Shown here one piece after another: positions 32,617 through 43,382 of a stretch of 64,000 bases of DNA. A program made the translations under genes and the position numbers. Location of the stretch: assembly GCA_963754875.1 (NCBI GenBank), contig CAVWHO010000013.1, positions 128,001 to 192,000 of the forward strand, written 5' to 3'. The notes beneath the pieces were generated by a model, which was not told where the DNA came from, did no database searches, and was given only the letters and a program-made list of their open reading frames with translations. The first letter of the stretch is position 1. Each line of letters opens with the position of its first letter. This stretch comes from Nitrospirota bacterium. Lineage in GTDB: Bacteria > Nitrospirota > UBA9217.

Positions 32617-33132
32617 TTAAGGCATCAGACTTTTTGTGTCCACCGGTTTCTCCTCGTTCTCTGCCTCACCCTTATCTTTTCCCTTGATCGAAAGCCCGGC
32701 GACCCGGTAGAAGTTGTAATCATGGTATTTACCCGGCCCGCTGATGAGCAGGTCTTCCTTTTCATAGACCAGGTTCTGCCTTTTGTACTCGCCCATCTCG
32801 AAATCCGTCGTGAGCTGGATCGCGTAGGTCGGGCAGGCCTCTTCGCAGTATCCGCAGAATATGCAGCGCGAGAAGTTTATACGGAAAAACTCCGGGTATC
32901 TCCTGCCGTGTTCGTCTTCCGTTGCCTGGAGCGAGATGCAGTCAACCGGGCACGCCACCGCACAGAGGTAGCACGCGACACAGCGCTCCTCTCCGTCGGG
33001 ATCGCGGGAGAGGATGATCCGTCCGCGCCAGCGCGGAGGAATGTAGGGACGCTCCTCAGGATACTGGATCGTCGCACGTTTGCGGAACATGGTCACGAAA
33101 ACCGTCCAGATTGTTTTAAGGATGCTGAACAT
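32617..33132 (-). CDS. nuoI: NADH-quinone oxidoreductase subunit I
   Basis: Two CxxCxxCxxxCP motifs. Confidence 0.96.
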   Translation of the reverse strand: MFSILKTIWTVFVTMFRKRATIQYPEERPYIPPRWRGRIILSRDPDGEERCVACYLCAVACPVDCISLQATEDEHGRRYPEFFRINFSRCIFCGYCEEACPTYAIQLTTDFEMGEYKRQNLVYEKEDLLISGPGKYHDYNFYRVAGLSIKGKDKGEAENEEKPVDTKSLMP

Positions 33133-33160
33133 ATACCCTTTTCCAGAAATAGAATAGATT

Positions 33161-33247
33161 CGTCATCCCCGAATGATTCTATCGGGGATCCAGTGTCTTA
33201 ATGTCCAAACAGTGAGCCCCTGGATTCCCGCCTACGCGGGAATGACG
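33161..33247. repeat. REP doublet (GTCATYCC family) at the nuoH/nuoI junction
   Basis: CGTCATCCCCG..CGGGGATCCAG / CTGGATTCCCGC..GCGGGAATGACG. Confidence 0.8.
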
Positions 33248-33275
33248 GGAGTAAAAGCATATATCTTATTCTTTT

Positions 33276-34244
33276 TCATTTTAGTCCTTCTTTTAACAAG
33301 ACCACAGCCCCTGTCACCACCAGGTTCAGCAATGACAACGGCAGCATTACTTTCCATCCGAACGACATAAGCTGATCATACCGCGGCCGGGGCAGCGCTG
33401 CCCGGAGCAGAATGAAGAAGCTGATGAATATGAACGTTTTAATCAGGAACCACAGGAGCGGGGGCAGCACCGGACCCATCCATCCGCCGAAGAACAGCGC
33501 CACGGTCAAAGCTGAGATGAGCGTGATGCCGAGATACTCTCCCACGAAGAACATGCCGAACTTCATGCCTGAGTATTCTGAATGATACCCGGCTACGAGC
33601 TCGCTCTCCGCTTCGGGCAGGTCGAAAGGCAGGCGATGGGTCTCCGCAATGCCGGCTATGAAAAATATCACAAAACCGATGAATTGCGGTATCACGAACC
33701 ACATGTGGCGCTGCGCCTCGACGATCTCGCGCACATTGAACGAGCCGGCGAGCATGACTACTCCCATGAGCGACAATCCCATGAACACCTCGTAGGAGAG
33801 CATCTGCGCCGATGCGCGGAGACCGCCGAGGAGCGAGTATTTGCTGCTCGATGCCCAACCTGCCAGAGCCACGCTGTATACGCCGAGGGAAGACATGGCG
33901 AGGAAGAACAAGAGCCCGATGTTCAGATCAACGACCTCAATGCCCGGCGCAAAGGGAATGACGGTGAACGACATCAGCACAACCACGACGATCACTGCCG
34001 GGGCCATGATGAACACGGCCTTGTCCGCAAAGGGCGGGATCCAGTCTTCCTTGGTGAAAACTTTGATCATGTCGGCCAGGACCTGGAGGAGGCCGAAGGG
34101 GCCCACGCGGTTCGGTCCGTAGCGGTCCTGCCACAGGCCAAGCAGCCTGCGCTCGAGCCAGATCAGCAGCCCGCCGATCGTCAGCACGACGAAAAGAATG
34201 CCGAAGAGAACAATGAGATGCAGAATGGCAGATACGTCTGTCAT
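33276..34244 (-). CDS. nuoH: NADH-quinone oxidoreductase subunit H
   Basis: [24 protein letters not shown]. Confidence 0.96.
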   Translation of the reverse strand: MTDVSAILHLIVLFGILFVVLTIGGLLIWLERRLLGLWQDRYGPNRVGPFGLLQVLADMIKVFTKEDWIPPFADKAVFIMAPAVIVVVVLMSFTVIPFAPGIEVVDLNIGLLFFLAMSSLGVYSVALAGWASSSKYSLLGGLRASAQMLSYEVFMGLSLMGVVMLAGSFNVREIVEAQRHMWFVIPQFIGFVIFFIAGIAETHRLPFDLPEAESELVAGYHSEYSGMKFGMFFVGEYLGITLISALTVALFFGGWMGPVLPPLLWFLIKTFIFISFFILLRAALPRPRYDQLMSFGWKVMLPLSLLNLVVTGAVVLLKEGLK

Positions 34245-36751
34245 GATCGCTTCTTCCGGGAATTCGCGCGTTCGATGATCGCCGGTGATTGAGAGCTCAG
34301 CTCCTCTGATGTAAAAATATCATATCGCAACAATACCTGCTCCTGTCCCGGCATCGGCTTCAACGGAACGTTTGGGAAATACGACGGCTTGGCATCTTTT
34401 GTCGGTTCGATCAGCCGCTTCCCCGGGTCTCCGCCTTTGAGCGGGCCGCCTACTTCTTGCTGGAACTTGTTCAGAGCTGAGACCGAGTTCCATCCCGGGG
34501 ACCAGTATCGGGACGTGAGCGGAGCAGGGGGCTGCCCTTCGTAGCCCTCCATGGAGAAGGAGAGAGGGGTATCTGGATCGTCGGCCGGCTTGGGCTCGTG
34601 GACGCTGATGTTCGCGAGCATCGCGGTCCTGCCGCTGTAACGGTGTGGCTGCCGGGGAATCCTGGCGCCGGCGACACGAAAATCCGCATGCGGAGCAATA
34701 TCTGAAACAGGCTTGAAAAACGGCAGCGCAGACGCCATGCTTTTGGTAATCGCATCGAGATCATCCCACGATACTTCGGCAGTCTTGCCCGTTGCCTTGT
34801 TGATATCACGGACCCATTTCCAGCTTTCCTGAATATCGAGATTCGGCGTGAAGACCTGATAAAATCGCTGCGCGCGGCCTTCATTATTTACGAGCGTTCC
34901 GTCGGCTTCGGCAAAGGTGGCTGCTGAGAGCGTGATCTGCGCCTTCGAGGAAGTCGAATTGATAAGATGGTCCAGAACGATAACGCTGCGGGCTTTGCCC
35001 AGAAAATCGTTAACTGCCTTCTCATCAGCCCTGCGATAGAGGTCATTCTCAAGAACAATGACGGTCTCTGCTTTGCCCTCGTTTACAGCTTTGAATGCTT
35101 CGTCGAGGCTTTTACCATTCATGAGTCCCAGGCCCATGCTGTTGCACTCAGGCACGGTATAACAGAGCCCTGCAACTTTTCCGCTTTCGCAGAGTGACCA
35201 CGCGATGTTCGCAGCCGCCTGGATGATTGGTTCGCTGGTCAGGCTTGCACCGGAGATGATGAGTGGACGCTTCGCACTCTTGAGCGCTGCGGCAATCTCC
35301 TGTGCCAGTTTAAGATTTGTATCGTCAGTGTCCGGAACTGGCGGCAACTGCGGATTCAGTTCATGGGCAACGGCAAATCCGAGCCTTGTTATGTCTTGAG
35401 GTTCGGCGAGATAAGTCTTTGTGGCAACTTCGTCCAGCCTGGTGTTCGTTACGGACGCGATATACAACGGCCCGGTTTCATCCTGGGTCGCGTTGCGAGT
35501 TGCGTTGTCGTCCCATCCGGGAATGCGCATCTTCTCGGTCAACTCTTTTGGCTTATTGCGCACGGATTGGCGCACTGCCAGGTCGAGCAGGGGTGCCGTA
35601 TTCGTAAGGTCCTCGCCCAGGACGAGGACCGCATCCGCCTGTTCCACCTCATGGAGTGACGGCGTGCGTGCCGGTCCTCTTTTCAGAATATCGGTCATGA
35701 GCAAAACGAGCTTGTGTCCCTGTGCTGACATGCCTGAGTAGAAGTTGTCCGGCCCCACGAGTGTTCGGAGAGCATAATTAGATTCGAGCGATGCACGGGG
35801 AGAACCGATGCCGATCACGCCTTTGTTCACGGAAAGAATCGTGGTGATCTGCTTTAAGGCTTCGGCCTTTTCAGCTGGCTTCTGCCCGTTTTCTGTCTTT
35901 ACGAGCGCCTTCCTGATCCTCTTTCCGCTGTTTACGAATTCGTAGCCGAACCGCCCCCGGTCGCAGAGGAAGTAGCCATTCACTTCATGGTTGTACCGGT
36001 TCAGGATTCTGCGAAGCGTACCGTAACGCTCGCCGGGAATGGTGTTGCAGCCCAGGCCGCAGTGGACGCAAATCGACGGCGCGGTCTGGAGGTCCCATTT
36101 GCGAGTGTAATGCTGTTTGAGTGTCTTGTCCGTGAATACTCCGGTGGGGCAGACCTCGACCAGGTTTCCGCTGAACTCGCTCTCGAGCACGCCGTCCTCG
36201 TGCCTGCCGAAATAGACGTGGTCGTGCGAGGCAAAGACATCGAGGTCCCGTCCCCCTGCGTAGTCCCGGTAGAACCGGACGCAGCGGTAACAGGCGATGC
36301 AGCGGTTCATTTCGTGGTTGATGAAGGGGCCGAGGTCCTGGTTCCGATGGGTGCGCTTCTTGAACCGTGTCCTGCGGTAGTTGTGGCCGGTCATGACCGT
36401 CATGTCCTGGAGATGGCACTCCCCGCCTTCATCGCAGACGGGACAGTCATGGGGATGGTTCACCATGAGCCATTCGATGACGCTTGCGCGGAAGGCTTTC
36501 GCATCAGGATCATCTATCGAAACGCGCAGTCCCTCGGCAACAGGCGTCATGCAGGACATGACGATCCTGCCGCGCGTGTCTTTGTCATCCTTGAACTGCT
36601 TCACCGCGCACTGGCGGCAGGCCCCTACGGAATGCATGGCAGGATGCCAGCAGAAGTAGGGCAGGTCGAAGCCGAGGGACAGGCAGGCCTGGAGGAGGTT
36701 CTGGCCTTCCTTTACCTGGTGCGGCTTATTGTCAATGAAGATCGTAATCAT
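34241..36751 (-). CDS. nuoG: NADH-quinone oxidoreductase subunit G
   Basis: [35 protein letters not shown]. Confidence 0.96.
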   Translation of the reverse strand: MITIFIDNKPHQVKEGQNLLQACLSLGFDLPYFCWHPAMHSVGACRQCAVKQFKDDKDTRGRIVMSCMTPVAEGLRVSIDDPDAKAFRASVIEWLMVNHPHDCPVCDEGGECHLQDMTVMTGHNYRRTRFKKRTHRNQDLGPFINHEMNRCIACYRCVRFYRDYAGGRDLDVFASHDHVYFGRHEDGVLESEFSGNLVEVCPTGVFTDKTLKQHYTRKWDLQTAPSICVHCGLGCNTIPGERYGTLRRILNRYNHEVNGYFLCDRGRFGYEFVNSGKRIRKALVKTENGQKPAEKAEALKQITTILSVNKGVIGIGSPRASLESNYALRTLVGPDNFYSGMSAQGHKLVLLMTDILKRGPARTPSLHEVEQADAVLVLGEDLTNTAPLLDLAVRQSVRNKPKELTEKMRIPGWDDNATRNATQDETGPLYIASVTNTRLDEVATKTYLAEPQDITRLGFAVAHELNPQLPPVPDTDDTNLKLAQEIAAALKSAKRPLIISGASLTSEPIIQAAANIAWSLCESGKVAGLCYTVPECNSMGLGLMNGKSLDEAFKAVNEGKAETVIVLENDLYRRADEKAVNDFLGKARSVIVLDHLINSTSSKAQITLSAATFAEADGTLVNNEGRAQRFYQVFTPNLDIQESWKWVRDINKATGKTAEVSWDDLDAITKSMASALPFFKPVSDIAPHADFRVAGARIPRQPHRYSGRTAMLANISVHEPKPADDPDTPLSFSMEGYEGQPPAPLTSRYWSPGWNSVSALNKFQQEVGGPLKGGDPGKRLIEPTKDAKPSYFPNVPLKPMPGQEQVLLRYDIFTSEELSSQSPAIIERANSRKKRS

Positions 36752-36812
36752 AAAAAACCTTTGACACGGAGTTACGCGGATCAAAATCTGATATATCATT
36801 TTTAGTCAACAC

Positions 36813-36906
36813 TCCCTCTCCTTCAAGGAGAGGGTTGGGGTGAGGATGGGTGTGTCGCAGGTCATGAGACCCATCCCCACCTTAATCCTCCCCTTGAAGG
36901 GGAGGA
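36813..36906. repeat. Gene-less hairpin-tail doublet (REPIN-like) at the nuoF/nuoG junction
   Basis: CCCTCTCCTTCAAGGAGAGGG-TTGGGGTGAGGATGGG ... CCCATCCCCACCTTAA-TCCTCCCCTTGAAGGGGAGGA. Confidence 0.85.
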
Positions 36907-36923
36907 AAAGATTAGCAGCCTGT

Positions 36924-38201
36924 CTACGAGTTTTTCCAAGGGCATTTCTTTTCCCGTATATGCTTCTCAAAATCTTCCCGGAAATACTTTATCGCGCTCT
37001 GGAGCGGCTCGACCGCGCCGGGGGCCAGGGCGCAGTACGTGTTGCCCGGGCCGAGCAGCCTGCAGTGTTGTGTGAGAATATCGATATCTCCCGGCTGACC
37101 CGTGCCTCCTTCGATCGAACCAAGGATCTTTTCGATCCACGGCAGGCCGTCACGGCAGGGAGTACACCAGCCGCAGGACTCGCGCGCGAAAAACTTGATG
37201 AGGTTGTGTACAAACCCGACGGGACAGGTTTTGTCATCGAGCACGATCATGGTACCGGTGCCGAGCCGGGAGCCTGCCTTCATCACCGAGTCGAAATCCA
37301 TCTTGACATCGAGATGATCGCTCACGAAGAAATCAGTGGACGCTCCTCCCGGTATCACTCCCCGGAAAACATAGCCGTCCTGCATGCCGCCTGCGTGTAC
37401 CTCCAGAAGTTCCCGGACCGTTACTCCCATGGGAAGCTCCCAGATTGCAGGTTTTTTTACGCGGCCGCTCACGCCGTAAAGCTTGGTGCCTGCGTCGGGA
37501 CTCTTGCTCAGACCTTTGAACCAGTCCGCACCGTTGTTCACGATATGCGGGATATTCGAGACCGTTTCGACATTGTTCACGATCGTGGGCCTGCCGAAAA
37601 GCCCGGAAACCTGGGGGAAGGGCGGCTTCGCGCGGGGCGTCGCACGTTTGCCCTCGAGAGCGTTCAAAAGGGCCGTTTCTTCGCCACAGATGTAGCGGCC
37701 GGCGCTGCCGTGGATCCGTAATTCAAGATTGTAGCCCGATCCAAGGATGTTTTTCCCGAGATAGTTATTCGCATAGGCTTCTGCGATCGCCTGTTCGAGC
37801 ATCTTTATAGCTTGTTTGTATGCCCACCTGACGAAGATGAAGGCCTGCTCCGCTTCTATCGCGTAGGCGCTCGCGATCACTCCTTCGACGAGTTGATGAG
37901 GGTTGCCTTCGAGCAGCAGCCGGTCCTTGAACGTGCCTGGCTCCATCTCGTCTGCATTCACGACAAAATATTTCGGCCGCCGGGCTTCCGGCCCCATGGG
38001 TACAAAACTCCACTTGGCGCCAGTAGGAAATCCAGCGCCCCCGCGGCCGCGGAGGTTCGACGCCTTTACGATGTTCTGCACGTCCTGGGGGGACATCGAA
38101 AGCGCCTTGTGCAGGGACTGGTAGCCTCCGGCCTGCTCGTAATCTTTCAAGGAAAGCGGTGGTTGGCCTGACCGTATGTTTTTTGTGAGTGGCTGTTCCA
38201 T
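36924..38201 (-). CDS. nuoF: NADH-quinone oxidoreductase subunit F
   Basis: LRGRGGAGFPTG, NADEMEPG, YICGEETAL, ESCGWCTPCRDG. Confidence 0.96.
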   Translation of the reverse strand: MEQPLTKNIRSGQPPLSLKDYEQAGGYQSLHKALSMSPQDVQNIVKASNLRGRGGAGFPTGAKWSFVPMGPEARRPKYFVVNADEMEPGTFKDRLLLEGNPHQLVEGVIASAYAIEAEQAFIFVRWAYKQAIKMLEQAIAEAYANNYLGKNILGSGYNLELRIHGSAGRYICGEETALLNALEGKRATPRAKPPFPQVSGLFGRPTIVNNVETVSNIPHIVNNGADWFKGLSKSPDAGTKLYGVSGRVKKPAIWELPMGVTVRELLEVHAGGMQDGYVFRGVIPGGASTDFFVSDHLDVKMDFDSVMKAGSRLGTGTMIVLDDKTCPVGFVHNLIKFFARESCGWCTPCRDGLPWIEKILGSIEGGTGQPGDIDILTQHCRLLGPGNTYCALAPGAVEPLQSAIKYFREDFEKHIREKKCPWKNS

Positions 38202-38208
38202 AAAAAAT

Positions 38209-38274
38209 AGTGCAAAGTTCAGAGTTCAAGGTTCAGTGTAAAGTCGCAAGTTCAAGTGATTCTCACTCTGAACT
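38209..38274. repeat. Inverted heptamer arrays at the nuoE/nuoF junction
   Basis: AGTTCAG AGTTCAA GGTTCAG ... CTCTGAACT. Confidence 0.7.
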
Positions 38275-38277
38275 GTC

Positions 38278-38742
38278 TTACTTATATTTCACCAGTATCT
38301 CTTCCATCATCTCTGCTGTCACCGGTCCGTACAAATCCTCATCCACCATTATGGCCGGAGCGCGGTCGCAGGCGCCGAGGCATGATATGGGGAGCAGCGT
38401 GAAACGTTTGTCTGTCGTTGTCTCGCCGAATGAGATATTAAGTTTCCCCTTCAAAACAGCAAGCAGGGGATTATAGCCCGTGACCCAGCAGCTAATGCTG
38501 TCGCAAACGAGGATCACATGCCGCCCTACGGGACGCCGAAAAATGAAGCTATAGAAGGTGGCAACGGCGTCCAGTTCGTCAGCCGTCATGTCGAGCACGG
38601 CAGCCACGTCTTTCACCGCCTCGTCAGGCACCCAGCCGCGGTGCCGCTGAATGATATTCAAGGCGTCAACGGATGCGGAGCCCTTTGACGCGGCATGGGA
38701 CAGCTCGGCGTTGATTTCCTGAAGTTCTTTTTCGCTTAGCAT
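38278..38742 (-). CDS. nuoE: NADH-quinone oxidoreductase subunit E
   Basis: VATFY, CDSISC, CLGACDRAP. Confidence 0.96.
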   Translation of the reverse strand: MLSEKELQEINAELSHAASKGSASVDALNIIQRHRGWVPDEAVKDVAAVLDMTADELDAVATFYSFIFRRPVGRHVILVCDSISCWVTGYNPLLAVLKGKLNISFGETTTDKRFTLLPISCLGACDRAPAIMVDEDLYGPVTAEMMEEILVKYK

Positions 38743-38746
38743 AATT

Positions 38747-39139
38747 TCATATCCTCTCCCCTCGGGGAGAGGATCCAGGTGAGGGGGATATCTTCAAATT
38801 TGCAGCAGCTTTCAAAATAACTTCACAAACACCCTCTATATTCATTAATATATCTCTGTCGCTAAATCGCAATACTTGTATACCGTGAATTTCGAGCGTT
38901 CTCGTTCTCGCGGCATCTTCTTTTTTCACTTCCTTCGTATAATGCTGGCCGCCATCTGCTTCAAGTGCCATTTTGAATTCCGGCGCATAGAAATCAAGAA
39001 TATAACTGTCGATTGGGAACTGTCTTCTGAACTTGAGTCCATTTAACTGACGGTTACGAATAACTGACCAAAGCTTTCTTTCTGCGTCTGTTTGATTCTT
39101 CCTGAGCTGCCTACTCGTTGAAATGTTGGGCCGTTTCAA
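38747..39139 (-). CDS. DUF559 (Vsr-like PD-(D/E)XK) endonuclease domain protein
   Basis: LRKNQTDAERKLW, KFRRQFPI..YILDFY, EADGGQH, VLRF. Confidence 0.9.
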   Translation of the reverse strand: MKRPNISTSRQLRKNQTDAERKLWSVIRNRQLNGLKFRRQFPIDSYILDFYAPEFKMALEADGGQHYTKEVKKEDAARTRTLEIHGIQVLRFSDRDILMNIEGVCEVILKAAANLKISPSPGSSPRGERI

Positions 39140-39180
39140 CTCCCCCCCTCACCCTGACCCTCTCCCCGAGGGGAGAGGGA
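38751..39180. mobile_element. Putative DUF559 cassette bounded by ~38-bp inverted hairpin-tail repeats
   Basis: Left ATCCTCTCCCCTCGGGGAGAGGATCCAGGTGAGGGGGA; right (reverse complement) TCCCTCTCCCCTCGGGGAGAGGGTCAGGGTGAGGGGGGGA; interrupts the nuo operon. Confidence 0.65.
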
Positions 39181-39209
39181 AAAACAAAAAATCAGCGACT
39201 GTGATACTT

Positions 39210-40958
39210 TTACCGATCCAAATCCGCCAATATGAAATCGATACTGCCGATGATTGCCAACAGATCAGCGATCATCAGCCCCTTGCTTATCTTCGGCACC
39301 ATCTGAAGATGGGGGAACGATGGGGTTCGGATGCGGGTCCGGTAGGACACCGTGTTCCCATCGCTGACAAGATAGTACCCGTTGTTCCCTTTGGTCGCTT
39401 CAATTCCCATGAACGCTTCGCCCGCCGGGATCACCGGGCCCCAACTGACACTGAGGAAATGGTTGATGAGCGTCTCGATGTCGTGCATGGTGCGCTCTTT
39501 GCGCGGCGGCGTTGTGAGCGGATGGTCTGATTTGTACTTGCCTGCCGGCATGTTGTTCACGCACTGCTCTATGATGCGCAGGCTCTGGCGGATCTCTTCC
39601 ACGCGGACCACGCCGCGGTCGTAACAATCGCCATGAACAGCCGTGGGGATGTCGAATTCGAAGTTCTCGTAGCCCGAGTAGGGCCGTTTCTTGCGAAAAT
39701 CCCACTCATACCCGCAAGCACGCAGTCCGGCGCCGGTCACGCCCCAATCGATGGCCTCGTCAAGGGTATATTTCCCCACTCCTACTGTGCGAGCCTTGAA
39801 AATGCTGTTCCGCATCACGATGGAATCGTATTCTTTGAGGCGGGGAGGCAGGTATTTCAGAAAATTTCTTACGAGGCCGTCCCATCCCTTCGGCAGGTCC
39901 TGGGCTACGCCCCCGATCCTGAACCATTCGGGATGCATGCGTCCGCCGCAAATGGCTTCGATGATGTCGAACACGCGCTCCCGGTCCGTGAACATGTAGA
40001 AGACAGGAGAGAGGGCGCCTACGTCCTGGGCAAAGGTACCGTACCAGACAAGATGGCTCGCAATGCGGAAAAGTTCAGCCAACATCACGCGGATGGTCTT
40101 TGCACGATCGGGGACGTCAATGTCGGCAAGCTTCTCCACGGCGAGAACATAGGCGAGGTTGTTCATGACCCCGCCCAGATAATCGACCCGGTCGGTGTAG
40201 GGAATATAGGTATGCCACGACTGACGTTCCGCCATTTTTTCTGCGCCGCGGTGGTGGTATCCGATATCGAGCACTGCATCCTTGATCGTTTCACCGTCGA
40301 GCTGGAGGATGAATCGGATCAGGCCGTGCGTACCCGGGTGCTGGGGACCGAGGTTCAAAAACATGAAGTCCGTATCTTCGGTCTCGCGTTCCATGCCCCA
40401 GTCCTCGGGATTGAACTGGAGCGCCATCTGCTCAGCCTCTTCCTTTTCATCGGGAAGCCGAAAGGGCCCCATTTCCGTTGCGCGAGCAGGGTGGTCCTTC
40501 CTGAGAGGATGGCCTTTCCAGGTCGGCGGCATCAAGATTCTCTTCAGATGAGGGTGGCCGTCAAATTTAACGCCGAACATGTCCCAGGCTTCGCGCTCAT
40601 ACCAGTCTGCAGACTCCCAGAGGCCGGTGATCGTGGGAAGTGACGGCGACTCGCCCCTGAGCGGCACCTTTATTCTGATGTCCTCGTTCCGGTCGTAGGA
40701 AAGAAGATGGTAGACAACCGTAAAGTCGCTTTCGGGCTGGTCCGGCTTGTGGCTCCGAACGCGTTCATCGATTGCCGTGAGATCGTAAAGGGTTTTATAA
40801 GGATTACGAACGATGCTCTTGAGGTGTTTCAGCACGTCGCGCGCCTGCTCCCGACTTACCCAGAGCGTGGGAATATTGTCGCGGGTGGGCTGGACAGCGA
40901 GGACTGCTTCGCCAAAGGAGTTTTTGAGATCGTCGATGATGGAATTATCAAGGGTCAT
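39210..40958 (-). CDS. nuoCD: NADH-quinone oxidoreductase subunit C/D (fused)
   Basis: NuoC part ([18 protein letters not shown]) fused to NuoD part ([16 protein letters not shown]). Confidence 0.96.
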   Translation of the reverse strand: MTLDNSIIDDLKNSFGEAVLAVQPTRDNIPTLWVSREQARDVLKHLKSIVRNPYKTLYDLTAIDERVRSHKPDQPESDFTVVYHLLSYDRNEDIRIKVPLRGESPSLPTITGLWESADWYEREAWDMFGVKFDGHPHLKRILMPPTWKGHPLRKDHPARATEMGPFRLPDEKEEAEQMALQFNPEDWGMERETEDTDFMFLNLGPQHPGTHGLIRFILQLDGETIKDAVLDIGYHHRGAEKMAERQSWHTYIPYTDRVDYLGGVMNNLAYVLAVEKLADIDVPDRAKTIRVMLAELFRIASHLVWYGTFAQDVGALSPVFYMFTDRERVFDIIEAICGGRMHPEWFRIGGVAQDLPKGWDGLVRNFLKYLPPRLKEYDSIVMRNSIFKARTVGVGKYTLDEAIDWGVTGAGLRACGYEWDFRKKRPYSGYENFEFDIPTAVHGDCYDRGVVRVEEIRQSLRIIEQCVNNMPAGKYKSDHPLTTPPRKERTMHDIETLINHFLSVSWGPVIPAGEAFMGIEATKGNNGYYLVSDGNTVSYRTRIRTPSFPHLQMVPKISKGLMIADLLAIIGSIDFILADLDR

Positions 40959-40977
40959 AGTTGGAAGGACTATTGCA

Positions 40978-41053
40978 GTTCAACGTTCAGAGTTCAAAGT
41001 GAGATAATGCAGCAACCACACAATAGGAAATAACTAACTCTGAACCATGAACG
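40978..41053. repeat. Inverted heptamer arrays at the nuoB/nuoCD junction
   Basis: AGTTCAA CGTTCAG AGTTCAA ... CTCTGAA CCATGAA CG. Confidence 0.7.
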
Positions 41054-41059
41054 TTATTG

Positions 41060-41674
41060 TCAGACTTCATCCGGCGGCCGCAGTATCGTCGCCTTTCTCC
41101 GCTCTTCCCGCTTCAGGTCGCGCCTGCACGGCATTTCGGGCCGCCCAACATCCTGCGGTCCTGCGACCCAGCTCAAGGGCCGGCGTTCCTTGCCGACCTT
41201 GTCCCGGAGCATGAGGAGCCCTTCCATGAAGGCATCGGGCCGGGGCGGGCATCCGGGTACGTACACGTCCACTGGCAGGAATTTGTCCACGCCCTGAACA
41301 ACGCTGTAGATGTCGTACATGCCGCCGGAGTTTGCGCAGGAACCCATCGAGATGACCCAGCGCGGTTCCATCATTTGCTCATAGAGACGCTTGATGACCG
41401 GCGCCATCTTGATGAAGACCGTGCCGGCAATGATCATCATGTCTGCTTCGCGCGGTGTGCCGCGCATCACTTCGGCGCCGAACCGTGCGATGTCATACTT
41501 GCTCGTCAGGCTCGTTGCCATTTCAACGTAGCAGCACGAGAGGCCGAAGTTGAATGGCCAGATGGAATTCTTTCGTCCCCAGGCAAGCATGTCCTGGAGG
41601 CGGGTGAAGATCAGGCTCTTACGAACCACATCTTCAACGGTATCTTGTCCAGGCTTAGTAAAAAAATAGTTCAT
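41060..41674 (-). CDS. nuoB: NADH-quinone oxidoreductase subunit B
   Basis: [24 protein letters not shown]. Confidence 0.96.
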   Translation of the reverse strand: MNYFFTKPGQDTVEDVVRKSLIFTRLQDMLAWGRKNSIWPFNFGLSCCYVEMATSLTSKYDIARFGAEVMRGTPREADMMIIAGTVFIKMAPVIKRLYEQMMEPRWVISMGSCANSGGMYDIYSVVQGVDKFLPVDVYVPGCPPRPDAFMEGLLMLRDKVGKERRPLSWVAGPQDVGRPEMPCRRDLKREERRKATILRPPDEV

Positions 41675-41687
41675 AGATTAACTCATC

Positions 41688-41764
41688 AGTTTGCAGTTCA
41701 GAGTACAGAGTTCAGAATTGGGTGCATGACTTCACTTCGAACTTTGAACCTTGAACTCTGAACT
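41688..41764. repeat. Inverted heptamer arrays at the nuoA/nuoB junction (overlaps the nuoA 3' end)
   Basis: AGTTCAG AGTACAG AGTTCAG ... TCGAACT TTGAACC TTGAACT CTGAACT. Confidence 0.75.
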
Positions 41765-42151
41765 TGTTTTTATAAACGCTCCCCATTCCAGCGCGCCGAG
41801 CTTCCATATATATACCAGTGCAGCTGTCAGAATGCCGATGAAGATCAACATCTCAGCGTAGCCCGTCCAGCCCGTTTCTCGGATCGATACAGCCCAGGCG
41901 AAAACGAATACCGCTTCAAGATCGAAGATGACGAAGAACATGGCTATGAGGTAGAATTTGATGTCGAAACGCACCCGTGCAGTGCCCGTGGACACGATGC
42001 CTGACTCGTAGGGTTCGTTGGTCTGTTTTTCCCGGTGCCGCTCGCCGAGCACGTAAGAGAGCGCGATCATGGATATGACGATGATCACGACTGCGGCGAA
42101 GTATATACCAAGAGGCCAGAGAACGGTAGGATCAGCAGCTTGTCCTGTCAT
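41732..42151 (-). CDS. nuoA: NADH-quinone oxidoreductase subunit A
   Basis: PYESG, FYLIAMFFVIFDLE, GALEW. Confidence 0.96.
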   Translation of the reverse strand: MTGQAADPTVLWPLGIYFAAVVIIVISMIALSYVLGERHREKQTNEPYESGIVSTGTARVRFDIKFYLIAMFFVIFDLEAVFVFAWAVSIRETGWTGYAEMLIFIGILTAALVYIWKLGALEWGAFIKTSSEFKVQSSK

Positions 42152-42157
42152 GGTAAA

Positions 42158-42185
42158 AGAATATCACAGTGAGGATGAAAGTCAA
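42158..42185 (-). promoter_or_regulatory. Sigma-70 promoter of the nuo operon
   Basis: TTGACT-16 nt (ending TGA, extended -10)-TATTCT, 6 nt before the ATG. Confidence 0.65.
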
Positions 42186-42583
42186 GCATCCGGGCATTGA
42201 AAGGATTGTAGAGTATAACAACGTGGTGTAAGCGATGCACGGTTTGTCGGAAAACACTGATATTTCCCGTGCCCTTCTGAGAACAATGAAATTTATAATA
42301 AGAATAACATAGCATAGCATCTTCTTAATTGATGTTCTCAGGATCAAGCGAAGCTGTCTTGATTAAGCGATTCTACAATTCCCTCGCGTCCGCCCGAGGG
42401 GCAGAAAGCTCAACCCTTTCTCTTCAACCGGCTGAGTGACACCATTTAAATAGGGAATATGACCCCATACAGGAGCAGCAACCTCGCTGCATATTTTCCT
42501 TTATTCGGCGCCCAATATTGCGTAATTTTGCCTTGACTTTGAAGTGCTTATAATCTATATTAAGCTCCGTAGAGGAGGGGGAT

Positions 42584-42883
42584 ATGACAAAAGCAGACAT
42601 CATCTCGGAGGTTTTTGACAAGGTCGGCCTGCCCAAACAGGACGCTGAGGAAATGGTGGAGATGATTCTGGATTTGGTCAAACAGACCCTGAAAGAGGGC
42701 GAGACGGTAAAGCTCTCCGGCTTCGGAAACTTCGTGGTGCGGAAGAAAAATTCGAGAAAAGGCCGCAATCCGAAGACAGGCCAGGAGATCGAGATCACTC
42801 CGAGAAAAGTCGTCAGTTTCCGACCGAGCATGATTTTCAAAGAGCATGTCATCGAATCCTCTACAACAGCAACTGCCGAGTAA
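42584..42883 (+). CDS. ihfA: Integration host factor subunit alpha
   Basis: [22 protein letters not shown]; upstream of a MerR-type gene. Confidence 0.9.
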   Translation: MTKADIISEVFDKVGLPKQDAEEMVEMILDLVKQTLKEGETVKLSGFGNFVVRKKNSRKGRNPKTGQEIEITPRKVVSFRPSMIFKEHVIESSTTATAE

Positions 42884-43181
42884 GCTCTTCTATCGGATCG
42901 GTGAGGTGAGCCGTCTGACGGGGTTGGAACCGTACGTGCTCCGCTACTGGGAAACGGAATTCCCGCAAATCAAACCGGACAAGGGCCGTTCCGGTCAGCG
43001 CCTCTATAAAAAAAAAGATTTAGACACGATCCTCCAGATAAAACAACTGCTGTATAAGGATGGATTTACGATCGCCGGAGCGAGAAAGAAACTGAACGGG
43101 AAAGATGACCGGGAAGTCGCAGAAACCGTTATCGAGTCGGCGAAGAAAGAGTTGAGAGAAATCCTGGAGATATTGAAGTAA
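42846..43181 (+). CDS. MerR family transcriptional regulator
   Basis: [24 protein letters not shown]. Confidence 0.9.
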   Translation: MSSNPLQQQLPSKLFYRIGEVSRLTGLEPYVLRYWETEFPQIKPDKGRSGQRLYKKKDLDTILQIKQLLYKDGFTIAGARKKLNGKDDREVAETVIESAKKELREILEILK

Positions 43182-43266
43182 CGGGTCATGCAGCAAGGGT
43201 CGAGGAAACAGGAGAGAGCTGCTTTTTTACTCGTGGAACTTGATCCTTGATCGAAGAAAAAAATAT

Positions 43267-43343
43267 CGGGGCGTGGCGCAGCCTGGTAGCGTACTCGCTT
43301 GGGGTGCGAGTGGTCGGCCGTTCAAATCGGCTCGCCCCGACCA
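43267..43343 (+). tRNA. tRNA-Pro (GGG)
   Basis: Cloverleaf CGGGGCG/CGCCCCG, anticodon loop TTGGGGT, GTTCAAAT T-loop, encoded CCA. Confidence 0.95.
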
Positions 43344-43348
43344 TAATA

Positions 43349-43382
43349 AAAAGCCCGTGAATCACATGATTCACGGGCTTTT
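43349..43382 (+). terminator. Intrinsic terminator after the tRNA
   Basis: AAAAGCCCGTGAATCA/TGATTCACGGGCTTTT. Confidence 0.85.
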
